Assembly: GCA_039091255.1 (NCBI GenBank)
Contig: JAWCMQ010000001.1
Span: 117,976-169,542, forward strand
Length of the DNA stretch: 51,567 bases
Reading direction: 5' to 3'
Origin: Candidatus Aenigmatarchaeota archaeon
Lineage (GTDB): Archaea > Aenigmatarchaeota > Aenigmatarchaeia > GW2011-AR5 > JACRAC01
The position numbers and the translations under genes are program-made. Positions 1-9,064 of the stretch are shown here, in pieces; the first letter of the stretch is position 1; each line of letters begins with the position of its first letter. The notes under the pieces are model-generated. The model was not told the DNA's origin. It worked only from the letters and a program-made list of their open reading frames with translations, and searched no databases.

Positions 1-24
1 GGCGATTCTGGCATGTCGCGCCTC

Positions 25-288
25 TTAATCTTTCGCAGCTTTAGCAAACGCTTTCTTGAGCGCCTCTGCGTCTGCCTGTATCTGCTCTGCGGCCGCAATG
101 AGCGCCTTCTTCGGGTCTTTCGCCTTGACGGCGAGCACAGGCTTTGAAAGATAGGGGTGCTCGCGCGACCACGCCGCCCACTCGATTTTCTGCTTCCAAA
201 GTTCGTTGTTGAGAAGGTTTGCGAGCGTAAGGCTGTCGATTTCAAGCTTGACCTTGTCATCCGTTTGCTCAAGGACCTTTATCTCCAT
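25..288 (-). CDS. rpoL: DNA-directed RNA polymerase subunit L (Rpo11)
   Basis: 87-aa ORF with ATG at 288. The LTLANLLNNEL...REHPYLSKPVL pattern is typical of archaeal RpoL. It is the usual terminal gene of the exosome/proteasome gene string. Confidence 0.7.
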   Translation of the reverse strand: MEIKVLEQTDDKVKLEIDSLTLANLLNNELWKQKIEWAAWSREHPYLSKPVLAVKAKDPKKALIAAAEQIQADAEALKKAFAKAAKD

Positions 289-354
289 GCAAATCCCTTT
301 TTCATCAGGAAAGAAAAGGCCTCTGTATTTCCAAAGAAATACGCGACCTTTCCT

Positions 355-1326
355 TCACGATGCCTGCTCAAGCAGTTTCTCGACGTCCGCCGCATTCACG
401 AACGGCTTGCTCCATCGGTCGTCCATTAGCCTTGGGCATGCCGTGTTTATAAACGCATCGGCAGAGATGCCAGCGAGCGCAGCGTCTGTGATCTTGTCCA
501 TAACTACGATGAAAGCCTTTTTATCTTTGCGCTCGAGCGCCGCTTTAATCTCCAGAGCGCGCGCCATGTTCATCTGGCCAGGCTTCGTCGATACAAGTAT
601 CGCAAACGTTCGTCCGTCCTTTGCGCGAGCGATGCGCGCCCAGCGTATCTTCTCCCACTTCGCTATGTCGCTTCGCACGTCCCGGATCTCGCTACGCTCC
701 ATGTCGAGAAAATAATCGCATCTGAACCCGCGAGGATGGAACATGCCTGAGCCAACAAAGAGTAAAGCATCCACTTTCCCTAACAGCGCTTCTGCGCTTT
801 TCGCCCAGCATCCTAGCACATATCCGCCGATTTCAGTGGATTTTCCAGCAACTCTGAAAATCTCGGCGATTTTCGGCAATGCGTGCAAGTATTGTACAGA
901 AGAAACGATTCCGATGCGCTTTTCTTTTATCTTGCTAATTTCGCCGGTAAGCCTCTTTTCGTCGATGGGACTGTCAACGGGCCATTCGTAATGTACGAGT
1001 GGAATGTCAGTTTTTATAGGCACATAAAAGGGTGCGTGCCCGACATGAAGGATGGCGTCGATTTTTTCGCCGGCGCTTTTTAGTGCAGCAACGGTAGGCA
1101 TAGGCAAATCGCATGCCCCGAAACAGTCGTCTGCCGCAAGAAAAGCCTGAAAGCCATTCGCTTCGAGCGCTTTCACGACCTCAAGCGCACGTGCTTTCAA
1201 GCCGGCAGGCACCTGCACCAGCAGGCGCGAAGGCCGAGGCCGAAGCGCATCGAGCTTCCCTATAATATTGGCTATGTGATTGGGCATGTGATAGAAAGCA
1301 AAGGAAAAGGTTAAAAGCCGACTCAT
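355..1326 (-). CDS. dph2: 2-(3-amino-3-carboxypropyl)histidine synthase (diphthamide synthesis Dph2)
   Basis: 323-aa ORF with ATG at 1326. Contains the LLVQVPAGLK and DDCFGACD motifs. It is the conserved archaeal neighbour of the rpoL and exosome genes. Confidence 0.75.
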   Translation of the reverse strand: MSRLLTFSFAFYHMPNHIANIIGKLDALRPRPSRLLVQVPAGLKARALEVVKALEANGFQAFLAADDCFGACDLPMPTVAALKSAGEKIDAILHVGHAPFYVPIKTDIPLVHYEWPVDSPIDEKRLTGEISKIKEKRIGIVSSVQYLHALPKIAEIFRVAGKSTEIGGYVLGCWAKSAEALLGKVDALLFVGSGMFHPRGFRCDYFLDMERSEIRDVRSDIAKWEKIRWARIARAKDGRTFAILVSTKPGQMNMARALEIKAALERKDKKAFIVVMDKITDAALAGISADAFINTACPRLMDDRWSKPFVNAADVEKLLEQAS

Positions 1327-1355
1327 CGTGCTCTAAGCGCTGAGAATCCAGCGGT

Positions 1356-2168
1356 TCAAGTGCCGACCGCTGCTCGCACCTTTTCTCGGAGCTCTTCGCC
1401 CTTGGCGACTGCCATGTCGATGATTTTGTCGACCTCTTCTAGACGCAAGCCGCACTCGCCGCCCTTCTGCATCGAGCAGAGCTTTATCTCTCGCTCTTTG
1501 TCAATCGTCCCGACGGTCAGGCGCGCAGCCATCGCTTTGATTTCGGCAATGTTGGGATCTGCGGCTATCGCAGGCCCTATCTTAGCGAACGTTGTAGAAA
1601 TTGGTATGCCGCCTAAGGGAAGCCTCTCTTCATGAACGCTGTAGTCGACTTCGTACTTGTCGCCATCCACGACAAGCTTCGGCAATCTTGCGCTCGCCAG
1701 CGCAGCAACAGCTGCTATGCACGCCGCATCAATAAGGTTTCCGTCGTCGTTCAGGACGTCGATGTCGACATAAATCATCCAGACAACCTCGCCAGCCTTG
1801 ATGCAGAGCCTTTTCATATCTATGCATTTCGATTCGCGTATTGCACGGTCTACTACGCGCGCAAGCTCGATGGCTTCCTCACCTGGCGGCCCCGATTCGA
1901 ATTCGGGTGAAGCGAGGGGAACTAGCTCCGCTGAGCATGTCAGCACGCCTTCATCAGGCGAGTCAGGGTAGGGCGTCCCAACCTCCAATTTTACGCCGAC
2001 AATAACTTCGGTCTCGCCGAGCTTAACATGGGCGCTTCCCTCCGCAGACGTAATGATGCCTGTTTCGATTTTAACGTCGCGGTAGGCATCAAAGGGTCGT
2101 CCATCGATGCGCTTGCCCCGCATCGCCATCTCATTGATCAGTACAGGATCCATTTCTATCATCGTCAC
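1356..2168 (-). CDS. rrp42: exosome complex protein Rrp42 (RNase PH-like)
   Basis: RIDGRPFDAYRDVKIETG and an RNase PH fold pattern. It lies 4 nt downstream of rrp41. The start is GTG at 2168 or ATG at 2162. Confidence 0.85.
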   Translation of the reverse strand: MTMIEMDPVLINEMAMRGKRIDGRPFDAYRDVKIETGIITSAEGSAHVKLGETEVIVGVKLEVGTPYPDSPDEGVLTCSAELVPLASPEFESGPPGEEAIELARVVDRAIRESKCIDMKRLCIKAGEVVWMIYVDIDVLNDDGNLIDAACIAAVAALASARLPKLVVDGDKYEVDYSVHEERLPLGGIPISTTFAKIGPAIAADPNIAEIKAMAARLTVGTIDKEREIKLCSMQKGGECGLRLEEVDKIIDMAVAKGEELREKVRAAVGT

Positions 2169-2172
2169 ACCT

Positions 2173-2904
2173 CTATTGGTCTGCCACCTCGATTTCGTAG
2201 CGTGCTCTGAGCGCGCGCTTTTGAACCTCGTATACCTGCTCGCATCCGCGTATTGCAGTTCGTATTATCTGCTTCACCGTTTCTGGGCTTGCAATGCCGT
2301 CCATCTGCAGCAACGTCAGCTCTTTTTTTCGGTGATAATAAGCCACCGGCAAGTCAAGTTCACCGGCGGTGTCCTCCTTGCCTGCTATGTCCAGGACAAT
2401 CTGGCCATTGACGACACCAGCCGAGCATGAACTCACCAGGTCGCGCATCGGAACGCCTGCATCCGCAAGCGCAAGTACAGCTGCGTTTATCGCCGCGCAT
2501 CGCGTTGATGCATCAGCCTCTAGGATCTCGATTACAGCGTCGATCGCTGTTCGCGGAAACTCATCTAAAAAAATCGCAGGCAGTATCGCATTGCGCATGA
2601 CCATGGAAATTTCTTGGCTTCGCCTGCTGGGCCCTGGCCGCGAACGCTCTGCCGTTGAGAACGATGCCATCCTGTACTCGGTTCGGAGTATCGCACGCTC
2701 CGCCTGCTCCTCATGGCGCGGAAGCACTTTGCGCGGCCCGTACACGCCAGCAATTGCCCAGCTTTTTCCAAATTTGAACATAGCTGAACCATCGGCCCGC
2801 TTTAAAACTCCGATCTTCGCTTCGATTGGCCTTAGTTCATCAAGGCTGCGGCCGTCAGGCCGTTTTCCGTTTACAATCAGCTGCTCTTCTGTATGCCCTC
2901 CCAT
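2173..2904 (-). CDS. rrp41: exosome complex exonuclease Rrp41 (RNase PH)
   Basis: KRPDGRSLDELRPI...ADGSAMFKFG, typical of the catalytic RNase PH subunit. ATG at 2904. Confidence 0.9.
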   Translation of the reverse strand: MGGHTEEQLIVNGKRPDGRSLDELRPIEAKIGVLKRADGSAMFKFGKSWAIAGVYGPRKVLPRHEEQAERAILRTEYRMASFSTAERSRPGPSRRSQEISMVMRNAILPAIFLDEFPRTAIDAVIEILEADASTRCAAINAAVLALADAGVPMRDLVSSCSAGVVNGQIVLDIAGKEDTAGELDLPVAYYHRKKELTLLQMDGIASPETVKQIIRTAIRGCEQVYEVQKRALRARYEIEVADQ

Positions 2905-2923
2905 ACAATCACCTGCGGTTGCC

Positions 2924-3769
2924 TTAAACGTCTACCGTATCCACGCCGAGCCCTTCGTGCCGTTCTGGCTGGTTAGATTGCTGCCCAGCGTCGGCGGTGG
3001 CAGGTTCGGCCTTGCGCAAATCACGGAACCCCTCCTCCCGTCCCTCGGATGGCTTCGGAACGTACGCATGGCCAACGCGCTGCTCGAGCATGGATTTTAT
3101 GTAATCGGTCAGGCCGCGCATATGTGCTCGCTCCTCTATCAGTCGCACAGCCTCGGCAGCTAGATCCTCATTGTCCCCCCGGACCCATACCACGCCGTTC
3201 TGCCCGACCACGATTTGCGTGCCGGTCATCTGCTTTATCATCTCGACCATCGAGCCGCCTTTGCCTATGATGCGCGGCACCTTTGCCGGCGTGACGCGAA
3301 TCAGCCGCCCACCCTTGAGCTTTCGGCACTTGCGGCTTCGCATCGTGAGCGTTATGTGCTTCTGCTTTGAAACCGACATTATCTCAGAAAAAATCACGTC
3401 ACCATAGTCAAAGTATTTTGTTAGGTCTGCCTTCGTGAGGTCCACGAACCCCTCCACGCCTTCGCTGAGGGGGAGCGTCGCTTCGTAGGGCGAATTGATG
3501 TCAACTATCCACTTCTGGAAAACTATTTCGGTTATGCGACCGATTACGCCATCGCCTCGCTTCGGATTGTATACGCCGCTGAGCGGTATTACAAAATGCA
3601 GGTCGTCGCGCGACTCTGCGAGCCCGATGAACTTTGAAAAGACGTTCCCATTATCCTCGAATGCTCCGTGGCCCGCGCGGCCCCGACCTAGCAGTTCGCC
3701 TGTTATAACGAGTCGCCGCTCATTGGCAGGTTTCGAATCTTGCATCATACGCATTTCCTCCATCCGCAT
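2924..3769 (-). CDS. rrp4: exosome RNA-binding subunit Rrp4 (S1 + KH)
   Basis: S1-like VIGRITEIVFQKWIVDI and KH motif PRIIGKGGSMV. The track start at 3772 is TTG and the first ATG is at 3769. The C-terminal roughly 60 aa is an unconserved-looking extension. Confidence 0.85.
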   Translation of the reverse strand: MRMEEMRMMQDSKPANERRLVITGELLGRGRAGHGAFEDNGNVFSKFIGLAESRDDLHFVIPLSGVYNPKRGDGVIGRITEIVFQKWIVDINSPYEATLPLSEGVEGFVDLTKADLTKYFDYGDVIFSEIMSVSKQKHITLTMRSRKCRKLKGGRLIRVTPAKVPRIIGKGGSMVEMIKQMTGTQIVVGQNGVVWVRGDNEDLAAEAVRLIEERAHMRGLTDYIKSMLEQRVGHAYVPKPSEGREEGFRDLRKAEPATADAGQQSNQPERHEGLGVDTVDV

Positions 3770-3774
3770 CAAAA

Positions 3775-4464
3775 TTACTTTTTCTCCACTATCTTTGCGT
3801 TTCCCTCCGTTATTCCCGACATATGAGTGAGGAACTTCGCCTTAAGGCCGGCAGGGATTTTTATCTGGAGCACGAAAGTCGCGCCCATCCATTGCTCTTT
3901 TCCCGCGCCATATTCGCGGGCCGCCTTCTGGATAGCGCTGCCGTACTTTGCCGGCGCCTCTACAACAATCTCAACCTCTTCGATGGACATCGGCAGTATC
4001 TGCTTTATGGCCTTGATGACCGCTTCAGTCTGCTGGTCGGCTGCCAAGAAGGGGTCTATGTTCACATGCGCCTGCTCCATCGCGTTCAGCACGCGCTCAG
4101 GAGGATGCGGCAGCTTTGTTCGCGGGTCCACGGCTGCCCTCGAAATCAAGGTTGCAATCTGCTTGCGCTTCTCCTCGATTTTCTTTCGCTTGAATTCTGT
4201 TGTAAGCTGAACATCACCCGTCTTGACGATAAGCTCCGCTATCTTGTTTACATCGGTTGTGCCAAAGGCTTTTTCGATGTCGGTCGTGCTCAGCCTGTCG
4301 CCCTTCTTCGCATCTGAAAAAATCTGGCCCACCGCAAGCATTTTGCTCGCGGAAACCTGCTTGCCGCTGCGAAGGTCATATGCAATGTCAGGGTCTACAA
4401 GAACCTCGAATCGCTTGCCCGATTTTTCAAGCCTTGCAATGATAGCCTTTTCGACCGTAACCAT
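3775..4464 (-). CDS. ribosome maturation protein SBDS/Sdo1
   Basis: N-terminus MVTVEKAIIARLEKSGKRFEVLVDPD matches the SBDS family. ATG at 4464; the track start at 4482 is TTG. Confidence 0.85.
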   Translation of the reverse strand: MVTVEKAIIARLEKSGKRFEVLVDPDIAYDLRSGKQVSASKMLAVGQIFSDAKKGDRLSTTDIEKAFGTTDVNKIAELIVKTGDVQLTTEFKRKKIEEKRKQIATLISRAAVDPRTKLPHPPERVLNAMEQAHVNIDPFLAADQQTEAVIKAIKQILPMSIEEVEIVVEAPAKYGSAIQKAAREYGAGKEQWMGATFVLQIKIPAGLKAKFLTHMSGITEGNAKIVEKK

Positions 4465-4578
4465 GTTGCTCACCGTAAGCAAAGCACCTTGTGCAGTAAT
4501 TGCCTGAAGGCGTAAATCAAGGTGCTGTCAGTTACTGATAGATATTGCGGAAGCAATGCTTAAAAGCCTTCTCGCTGC

Positions 4579-4761
4579 CTATCGCCTCTTGCTTGCAAAA
4601 TACCCAAGAGCGATTCCCATCGCCGCAAAAGCCGCAGCTATCGGTGCCAGAACCCACGCCGATTCACGCGCAAATAGTGTCACGAACAAGACGACTGGCA
4701 CAAATATGCCTGCTAGCGATGCGCCAATGCCGGCAAAATCCGCTTCCTTTCTCTTCGCCAT
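4579..4761 (-). CDS. small two-helix membrane protein, function unknown
   Basis: 60-aa ORF from ATG 4761 with two hydrophobic helices. It is wedged between SBDS and psmA on the same strand. I recognise no homology. Confidence 0.35.
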   Translation of the reverse strand: MAKRKEADFAGIGASLAGIFVPVVLFVTLFARESAWVLAPIAAAFAAMGIALGYFASKRR

Positions 4762-4777
4762 GCCCAAGCCGCCGCCA

Positions 4778-5500
4778 TCACACGTATCTCTTCAGCATCT
4801 CCTTCTTCTCAGCCGCGCTGTAAACCTTGATTTTCTTTTCGATGACCGCAATGTCAACGGAGCGGCTCGACAGCTTCTTCTCGCCAGCTAGCAGCGCGCG
4901 CATCGCAAGGTCTATAGCCTTTTCTTTAGACAAGTTCTCCTTGTATTCTTCCACTAGGAGCTTGCGCGCCTCCTTCGCACCCCTGCCAATCGCATGCGCG
5001 CGCCACTCGCGTATCGTGCCTGAGGGGTCGGTCTCAAAGAGCTGAGGCGTGCCGTTCATGCCTCCGAGCAGAAGGCCAACTCCATAGGGGCGTATGCCGC
5101 CAATTTGAGTGAATTTCTGCACGCGATCTGCAATGTCTTTGACGAGCGAATACGTTTCGATAGGCTCGCCGAATGTGATTTTATTGACTTGAGCTCGGAC
5201 ACGCGCAAAATCGATAAGCGTGCGCGCGTCAGCAAGTATGCCGCAGCTCGCGACGCCGATGTGCTCGTCTATTTTGGCTATTTTTTCGACGCTTTCAGGC
5301 ACGAGCAGCCGCTGAAGCATCTTTGCCGCGACTAGCACTATGCCGCCGGCAAACACTACGCCCAGCGCGGTCGTAGCCTTCTCCACGGCCTTGCGCGCAT
5401 ATTCCACCTGATACATGCGCCCTTCCGGAGAGAATACAGCGATTGCGCGGTCGTATCCCATCTGGCGCATCGGTGGCGGAACTTCAATCGTGTTCGTCAT
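4778..5500 (-). CDS. psmA: proteasome subunit alpha
   Basis: GYDRAIAVFSPEGRMYQVEYA signature. In-frame ATGs occur at 5557, 5500, 5470 and 5461. I chose 5500, the first ATG downstream of a TATA-like box at about 5544-5552. Confidence 0.9.
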   Translation of the reverse strand: MTNTIEVPPPMRQMGYDRAIAVFSPEGRMYQVEYARKAVEKATTALGVVFAGGIVLVAAKMLQRLLVPESVEKIAKIDEHIGVASCGILADARTLIDFARVRAQVNKITFGEPIETYSLVKDIADRVQKFTQIGGIRPYGVGLLLGGMNGTPQLFETDPSGTIREWRAHAIGRGAKEARKLLVEEYKENLSKEKAIDLAMRALLAGEKKLSSRSVDIAVIEKKIKVYSAAEKKEMLKRYV

Positions 5501-5642
5501 GCCAAAATCACTCAGAATCTTGCTACCAGCACTATGCCTACATAAGTTTATAAGCATTTTCAGCCGCGCATGCCATGCCCACGGAAAAACAGTGACGATT
5601 CCTCATTTTTAACATTTAGGCGACCAATATTACACGGATAAA

Positions 5643-6314
5643 ATGAACCCTACGCTCAAGTCGTTTGCAGGTGAGACCGACCAGCGCCCGCAGCCCAAGG
5701 GAAAATTTATCGTCATCGAAGGCATCGATGGCTCGGGCAAAGGCACACAGATGTGCCTGCTCGCCCAATGGCTTTACAGGAAGAACAAGAACTTCCATAT
5801 CCTCATGACGCGCGAGCCGAGCCTCTCCGAGCACGGCGAACTTGTGCGCCGCTTGCTTGCGACATCGCGCGAGATGAGTGCGTACGCCCGCGAGTTTTTG
5901 CGGCTGTTCGTAGCCGACCGCGCCGATCACATTCGCCGCCTGATTCAGCCTGCGCTTCGCTACGGCTGCATCGTGCTCTGTGACCGCTACAAGCACTCGA
6001 CCATTGCCTATCAGCAAGCGCAGGGTGTGCCGTTTGACGAAATCATGCTCGCGCACAAGGATTTCCTTGTGCCAGACCTGACGATAGTCCTCGACGCAGA
6101 TCCCCGCGCTGCGCTGGTGCGCAATCTTGGTGATGCAAGCAGGCAGTACCAGGAGGTCTTCGAGCGCGAAGTTGCGTTTACGGAGAAAATGCGCCAAAAC
6201 TATCTTGCGCTGCCCGAACGCCTCAAAGGTGAGCGCATCGCAATCGTTAACGCCAACAGGCCGGTGGATGAGGTCTTCAAAGCGATCTGCGCGGAAGTTG
6301 CGAAGATTCTGTGA
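5643..6314 (+). CDS. tmk: thymidylate (dTMP) kinase
   Basis: P-loop FIVIEGIDGSGKGTQ and the LCDRYKHST motif. ATG at 5643. Confidence 0.85.
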   Translation: MNPTLKSFAGETDQRPQPKGKFIVIEGIDGSGKGTQMCLLAQWLYRKNKNFHILMTREPSLSEHGELVRRLLATSREMSAYAREFLRLFVADRADHIRRLIQPALRYGCIVLCDRYKHSTIAYQQAQGVPFDEIMLAHKDFLVPDLTIVLDADPRAALVRNLGDASRQYQEVFEREVAFTEKMRQNYLALPERLKGERIAIVNANRPVDEVFKAICAEVAKIL

Positions 6315-6320
6315 GATGTC

Positions 6321-7406
6321 CTATCCGAAATATCCCTTATATTTCAGCAATTCCGCATTAAGTATCCCGCCGCCTGCAGCGCCGCGCACAGTGTTGTGCG
6401 AGAGCCCGGCAAATCTGACATCAAGCACATTGCAAGGGCGCAAGCGCCCAACAGTCACAGCCATTCCTTTATCGCGGTCGGCATCTAGCCTCGGTTGCGG
6501 CCTGTCAGATTCATCGAGATACGCTATCGGCCTTCTCGGAGCGAAAGGCAATCCATACTCCTGCGGAAGCGATGCAAAGTCATCCCATATGCGCCTTATC
6601 TCATCGAGTTTCGGCGCCTTACTCGCGAATTTTAGGCTCACGCATGCCAGATGGCCGTCCAGGACAGGAACTCGATTGCAATGCGCTGATATTTTGATAT
6701 CGCGGTTTGGAACTATAATGCTGCCGTCGACCTTTCCCAATATCTTTTGCGGCTCGCGCTCCGATTTTTCTTCCTCGCCCTTTATGAAGGGTATCACGTT
6801 GCCGATGGCATCATACGATGGCACCCCCGGATAGCCCGCGCCAGAAACGGCCTGCATCGTAGCGATGATTGCGCTTTCGACCGGATAGCCGGCTTGTACG
6901 AGCGCATAAAGAGGTGTCATGTAGCTCTGGAGCGAGCAGTTAGGTTTCACGGCGATGAAGCCTCTTTCGGTCCCTAGCCGCTTTCGCTGAGCGGAAATGA
7001 CATCAAGATGCTCGGCGTTTATTTCCGGTATCAGCATCGGAACATCCGGAGTGTCGCGGTGAGCTGAATTGTTGGACACCACCGGGATTTCGGCTCGTGC
7101 ATACTCCTCTTCCAGTCGCGCGACCTCTTCCTTCGGCATCTCGACGGCGGAAAACACGAACGCGCATCTGCCTCGGGCGCTTTCGACATCATTTGCATCC
7201 TGAACTTTGATGTCTCGCAGCCTGTAAGGGACATCACCACGGCCCTTCCACCGACCGGCGACCGCTTCGCTGTAGCGCTTGCCAACGCTCTGAGGAGAAG
7301 CTGCAAGATAGACGACCTCAAACCACGGATGGCCTTCCAAAAGCTCGACGTACTTCTGCCCAACCATCCCCGTTGCTCCTAGAACTCCGACAGGAATTTT
7401 ATCCAT
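6321..7406 (-). CDS. asd: aspartate-semialdehyde dehydrogenase
   Basis: GATGMVGQ dinucleotide site, active-site NCSLQ and CNRVPVLDGH. A TATA-like GCTATTTAAC lies about 25 nt upstream of ATG 7406, suggesting a leaderless transcript. Confidence 0.85.
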   Translation of the reverse strand: MDKIPVGVLGATGMVGQKYVELLEGHPWFEVVYLAASPQSVGKRYSEAVAGRWKGRGDVPYRLRDIKVQDANDVESARGRCAFVFSAVEMPKEEVARLEEEYARAEIPVVSNNSAHRDTPDVPMLIPEINAEHLDVISAQRKRLGTERGFIAVKPNCSLQSYMTPLYALVQAGYPVESAIIATMQAVSGAGYPGVPSYDAIGNVIPFIKGEEEKSEREPQKILGKVDGSIIVPNRDIKISAHCNRVPVLDGHLACVSLKFASKAPKLDEIRRIWDDFASLPQEYGLPFAPRRPIAYLDESDRPQPRLDADRDKGMAVTVGRLRPCNVLDVRFAGLSHNTVRGAAGGGILNAELLKYKGYFG

Positions 7407-7461
7407 ACGCAGTTATCTGAAAAGAAGCGTTAAATAGCAATGCCAAGGGAGCAGTCAGCCA

Positions 7462-7842
7462 TTACTTCTTTGCTTCGACAAGCACCGCGTCTACCGAGCC
7501 GTTCTGCCCCGGCCTTGACGTTACGCGCGCAAAGCCCTTTTCGGTCTCGATGAGGCATCCTTTCGTCACAATGTTCGAGCGGATGAACTGCGGATTGGCG
7601 TCATTTTTCTTGACCTGTATGATTTTGAGCTTCTCGATTTTCCCGTCAACCACGACGTTGGCTGTCTCGACGCGCACCGCTATCTGTTTCGTATTGCCGC
7701 CGCGCGTTCGCTTCTGTATGATTTTCGTCTTGCCAAGGCTGGCGGGGATGAAGTCGCGCCCGCGCTGCGCGCGGGTCTTTTTGCAGCCCTTATGGTACTT
7801 GCCTCCGCTCGCCTTTCGTCCCGTTCGGAATCGCCACTGCAT
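7462..7842 (-). CDS. rps8e: 30S ribosomal protein S8e
   Basis: 126 aa, basic, with an RTGRKASGGK...KTRAQRGR pattern. It follows rpl37e by 6 nt. Confidence 0.85.
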   Translation of the reverse strand: MQWRFRTGRKASGGKYHKGCKKTRAQRGRDFIPASLGKTKIIQKRTRGGNTKQIAVRVETANVVVDGKIEKLKIIQVKKNDANPQFIRSNIVTKGCLIETEKGFARVTSRPGQNGSVDAVLVEAKK

Positions 7843-7848
7843 GCTCGC

Positions 7849-8094
7849 TCACTTTCCCCATCGCGGCTTCGTGTGTATGCCTGCCGGCTTTTTGTGCTTC
7901 GGCCGGATGAATCGCCGACCAGAGCGGTTTATCGGCTTCCACTTCCAGTTCTGGCTGTACAGCTTCGCCGACTTGCCGAAGCCGCAAGCCGCGCACTTGC
8001 CTTTGTTAATATGATAGCTATGCCTGCCGCAGCGCCTGCAGCGGATGTGCGTTATCCGCTGGTGCTTTCCGAATGCCGGTGTTCCTTTGGACAT
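7849..8094 (-). CDS. rpl37e: 50S ribosomal protein L37e
   Basis: [28 protein letters not shown]...CAACGF zinc ribbon. ATG at 8094; the track ORF extends upstream. It carries a basic C-terminal tail of about 20 aa. Confidence 0.85.
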   Translation of the reverse strand: MSKGTPAFGKHQRITHIRCRRCGRHSYHINKGKCAACGFGKSAKLYSQNWKWKPINRSGRRFIRPKHKKPAGIHTKPRWGK

Positions 8095-8200
8095 GTTGTG
8101 CACCGCATCCTTCGATGAATCGCGGAAAGCTCTGCTTTTCGCAGATTGCCGCCTACTCAAACTTCGCTTTTGCGAAAAAATTTAAAAGCTTCGGGAAAGC

Positions 8201-8437
8201 CTACTGGCCCTTTTCGGACTTCTCAGGCGAAACGTACAGGATGTTGTCGCCCCGCACAAGCAGCGTGCCGAGCTTGACGGTCGTTCCATCCTCGCCCCGC
8301 TGCTCCGCCTGCTCCAGCCACATGTTGAGGTGGAGGTCCAGCGCCTGCAGAATGCCCGATATCTCAGCTCCGCGCTTCAGGCGGATGAGCACCCGCTTTC
8401 CTTTTGCGTTGTTCAGCACGTCTATTGGTCTTTCCAT
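8201..8437 (-). CDS. Sm-like archaeal protein (LSm/SmAP)
   Basis: Sm1/Sm2 motifs RVLIRLKRGAEISGILQALDLHLNMWL...LLVRGDNILYV. ATG at 8437 is preceded by GAGGAG 5-9 nt upstream. The track start at 8521 is TTG. Confidence 0.85.
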   Translation of the reverse strand: MERPIDVLNNAKGKRVLIRLKRGAEISGILQALDLHLNMWLEQAEQRGEDGTTVKLGTLLVRGDNILYVSPEKSEKGQ

Positions 8438-8546
8438 CTTTTCTCCTCTGGCATCCGCATTTGACAGAATCGGATTTTCCGACAATCTCAAATGTATCAA
8501 ACGCGGATGAAACAAAACCAAATGATTAGCAGAACATGGTTTGCTT

Positions 8547-8557
8547 ATATTTAAATA
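8547..8557 (-). promoter_or_regulatory. TATA-like box upstream of the LSm-L37e-S8e string
   Basis: TATTTAAATATA lies in the 8438-8575 intergenic gap. It is about 110 nt from the LSm ATG, so a 5' UTR of about 80 nt is implied. Confidence 0.3.
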
Positions 8558-8575
8558 GGCGGTGCTGGCTGCCTA

Positions 8576-9052
8576 TCATGGCAGGAGGCCCTTCTTCTCA
8601 GCCGCGCGGGCCATTATCTTGCACACATGCCAGTTTATCCGCGGGAATTCATTGCGGTTGAAGTCTGCTTTCAGATTGTATATGACATCCAGCGCAATCG
8701 CGACAGCAGGGCTGCGGCTCATCCCGGCATAGCAGTGGACGAGCACGTCCTCGAAACTGCCGCGGCATTGCGCAAAGTCGTCCAGGATTTTCGCCGCCAT
8801 GCCTTCGTCGAATGGCACGAGCTTTGTGGGATCGGCACCTGCGCCTTGCGCCCACTCCTCAAGCGTCTGGCCTTCGTGAAGGTCCACATCGTCAAACGCA
8901 TATTCCAGGACGCGCACATATCCGTGCTGCAGCGGCTTGTAGCATCGCTTGCCCATGCCAGACGACTCGCTGCCGAATATGCGTATCGCAAGCGTCGGTG
9001 CGCGCGGCACGTACGCCGCAGCTTCCTCTTTGCCGCAGATGATGAACTTCAT
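8576..9052 (-). CDS. small Cys-based protein phosphatase-like protein (CX5R)
   Basis: 158 aa with the motif VHCYAGMSRS (HCxxGxxRS), characteristic of dual-specificity/PTP-fold phosphatases. ATG at 9052. Confidence 0.55.
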   Translation of the reverse strand: MKFIICGKEEAAAYVPRAPTLAIRIFGSESSGMGKRCYKPLQHGYVRVLEYAFDDVDLHEGQTLEEWAQGAGADPTKLVPFDEGMAAKILDDFAQCRGSFEDVLVHCYAGMSRSPAVAIALDVIYNLKADFNRNEFPRINWHVCKIMARAAEKKGLLP

Positions 9053-9064
9053 GGACTAGACCGT

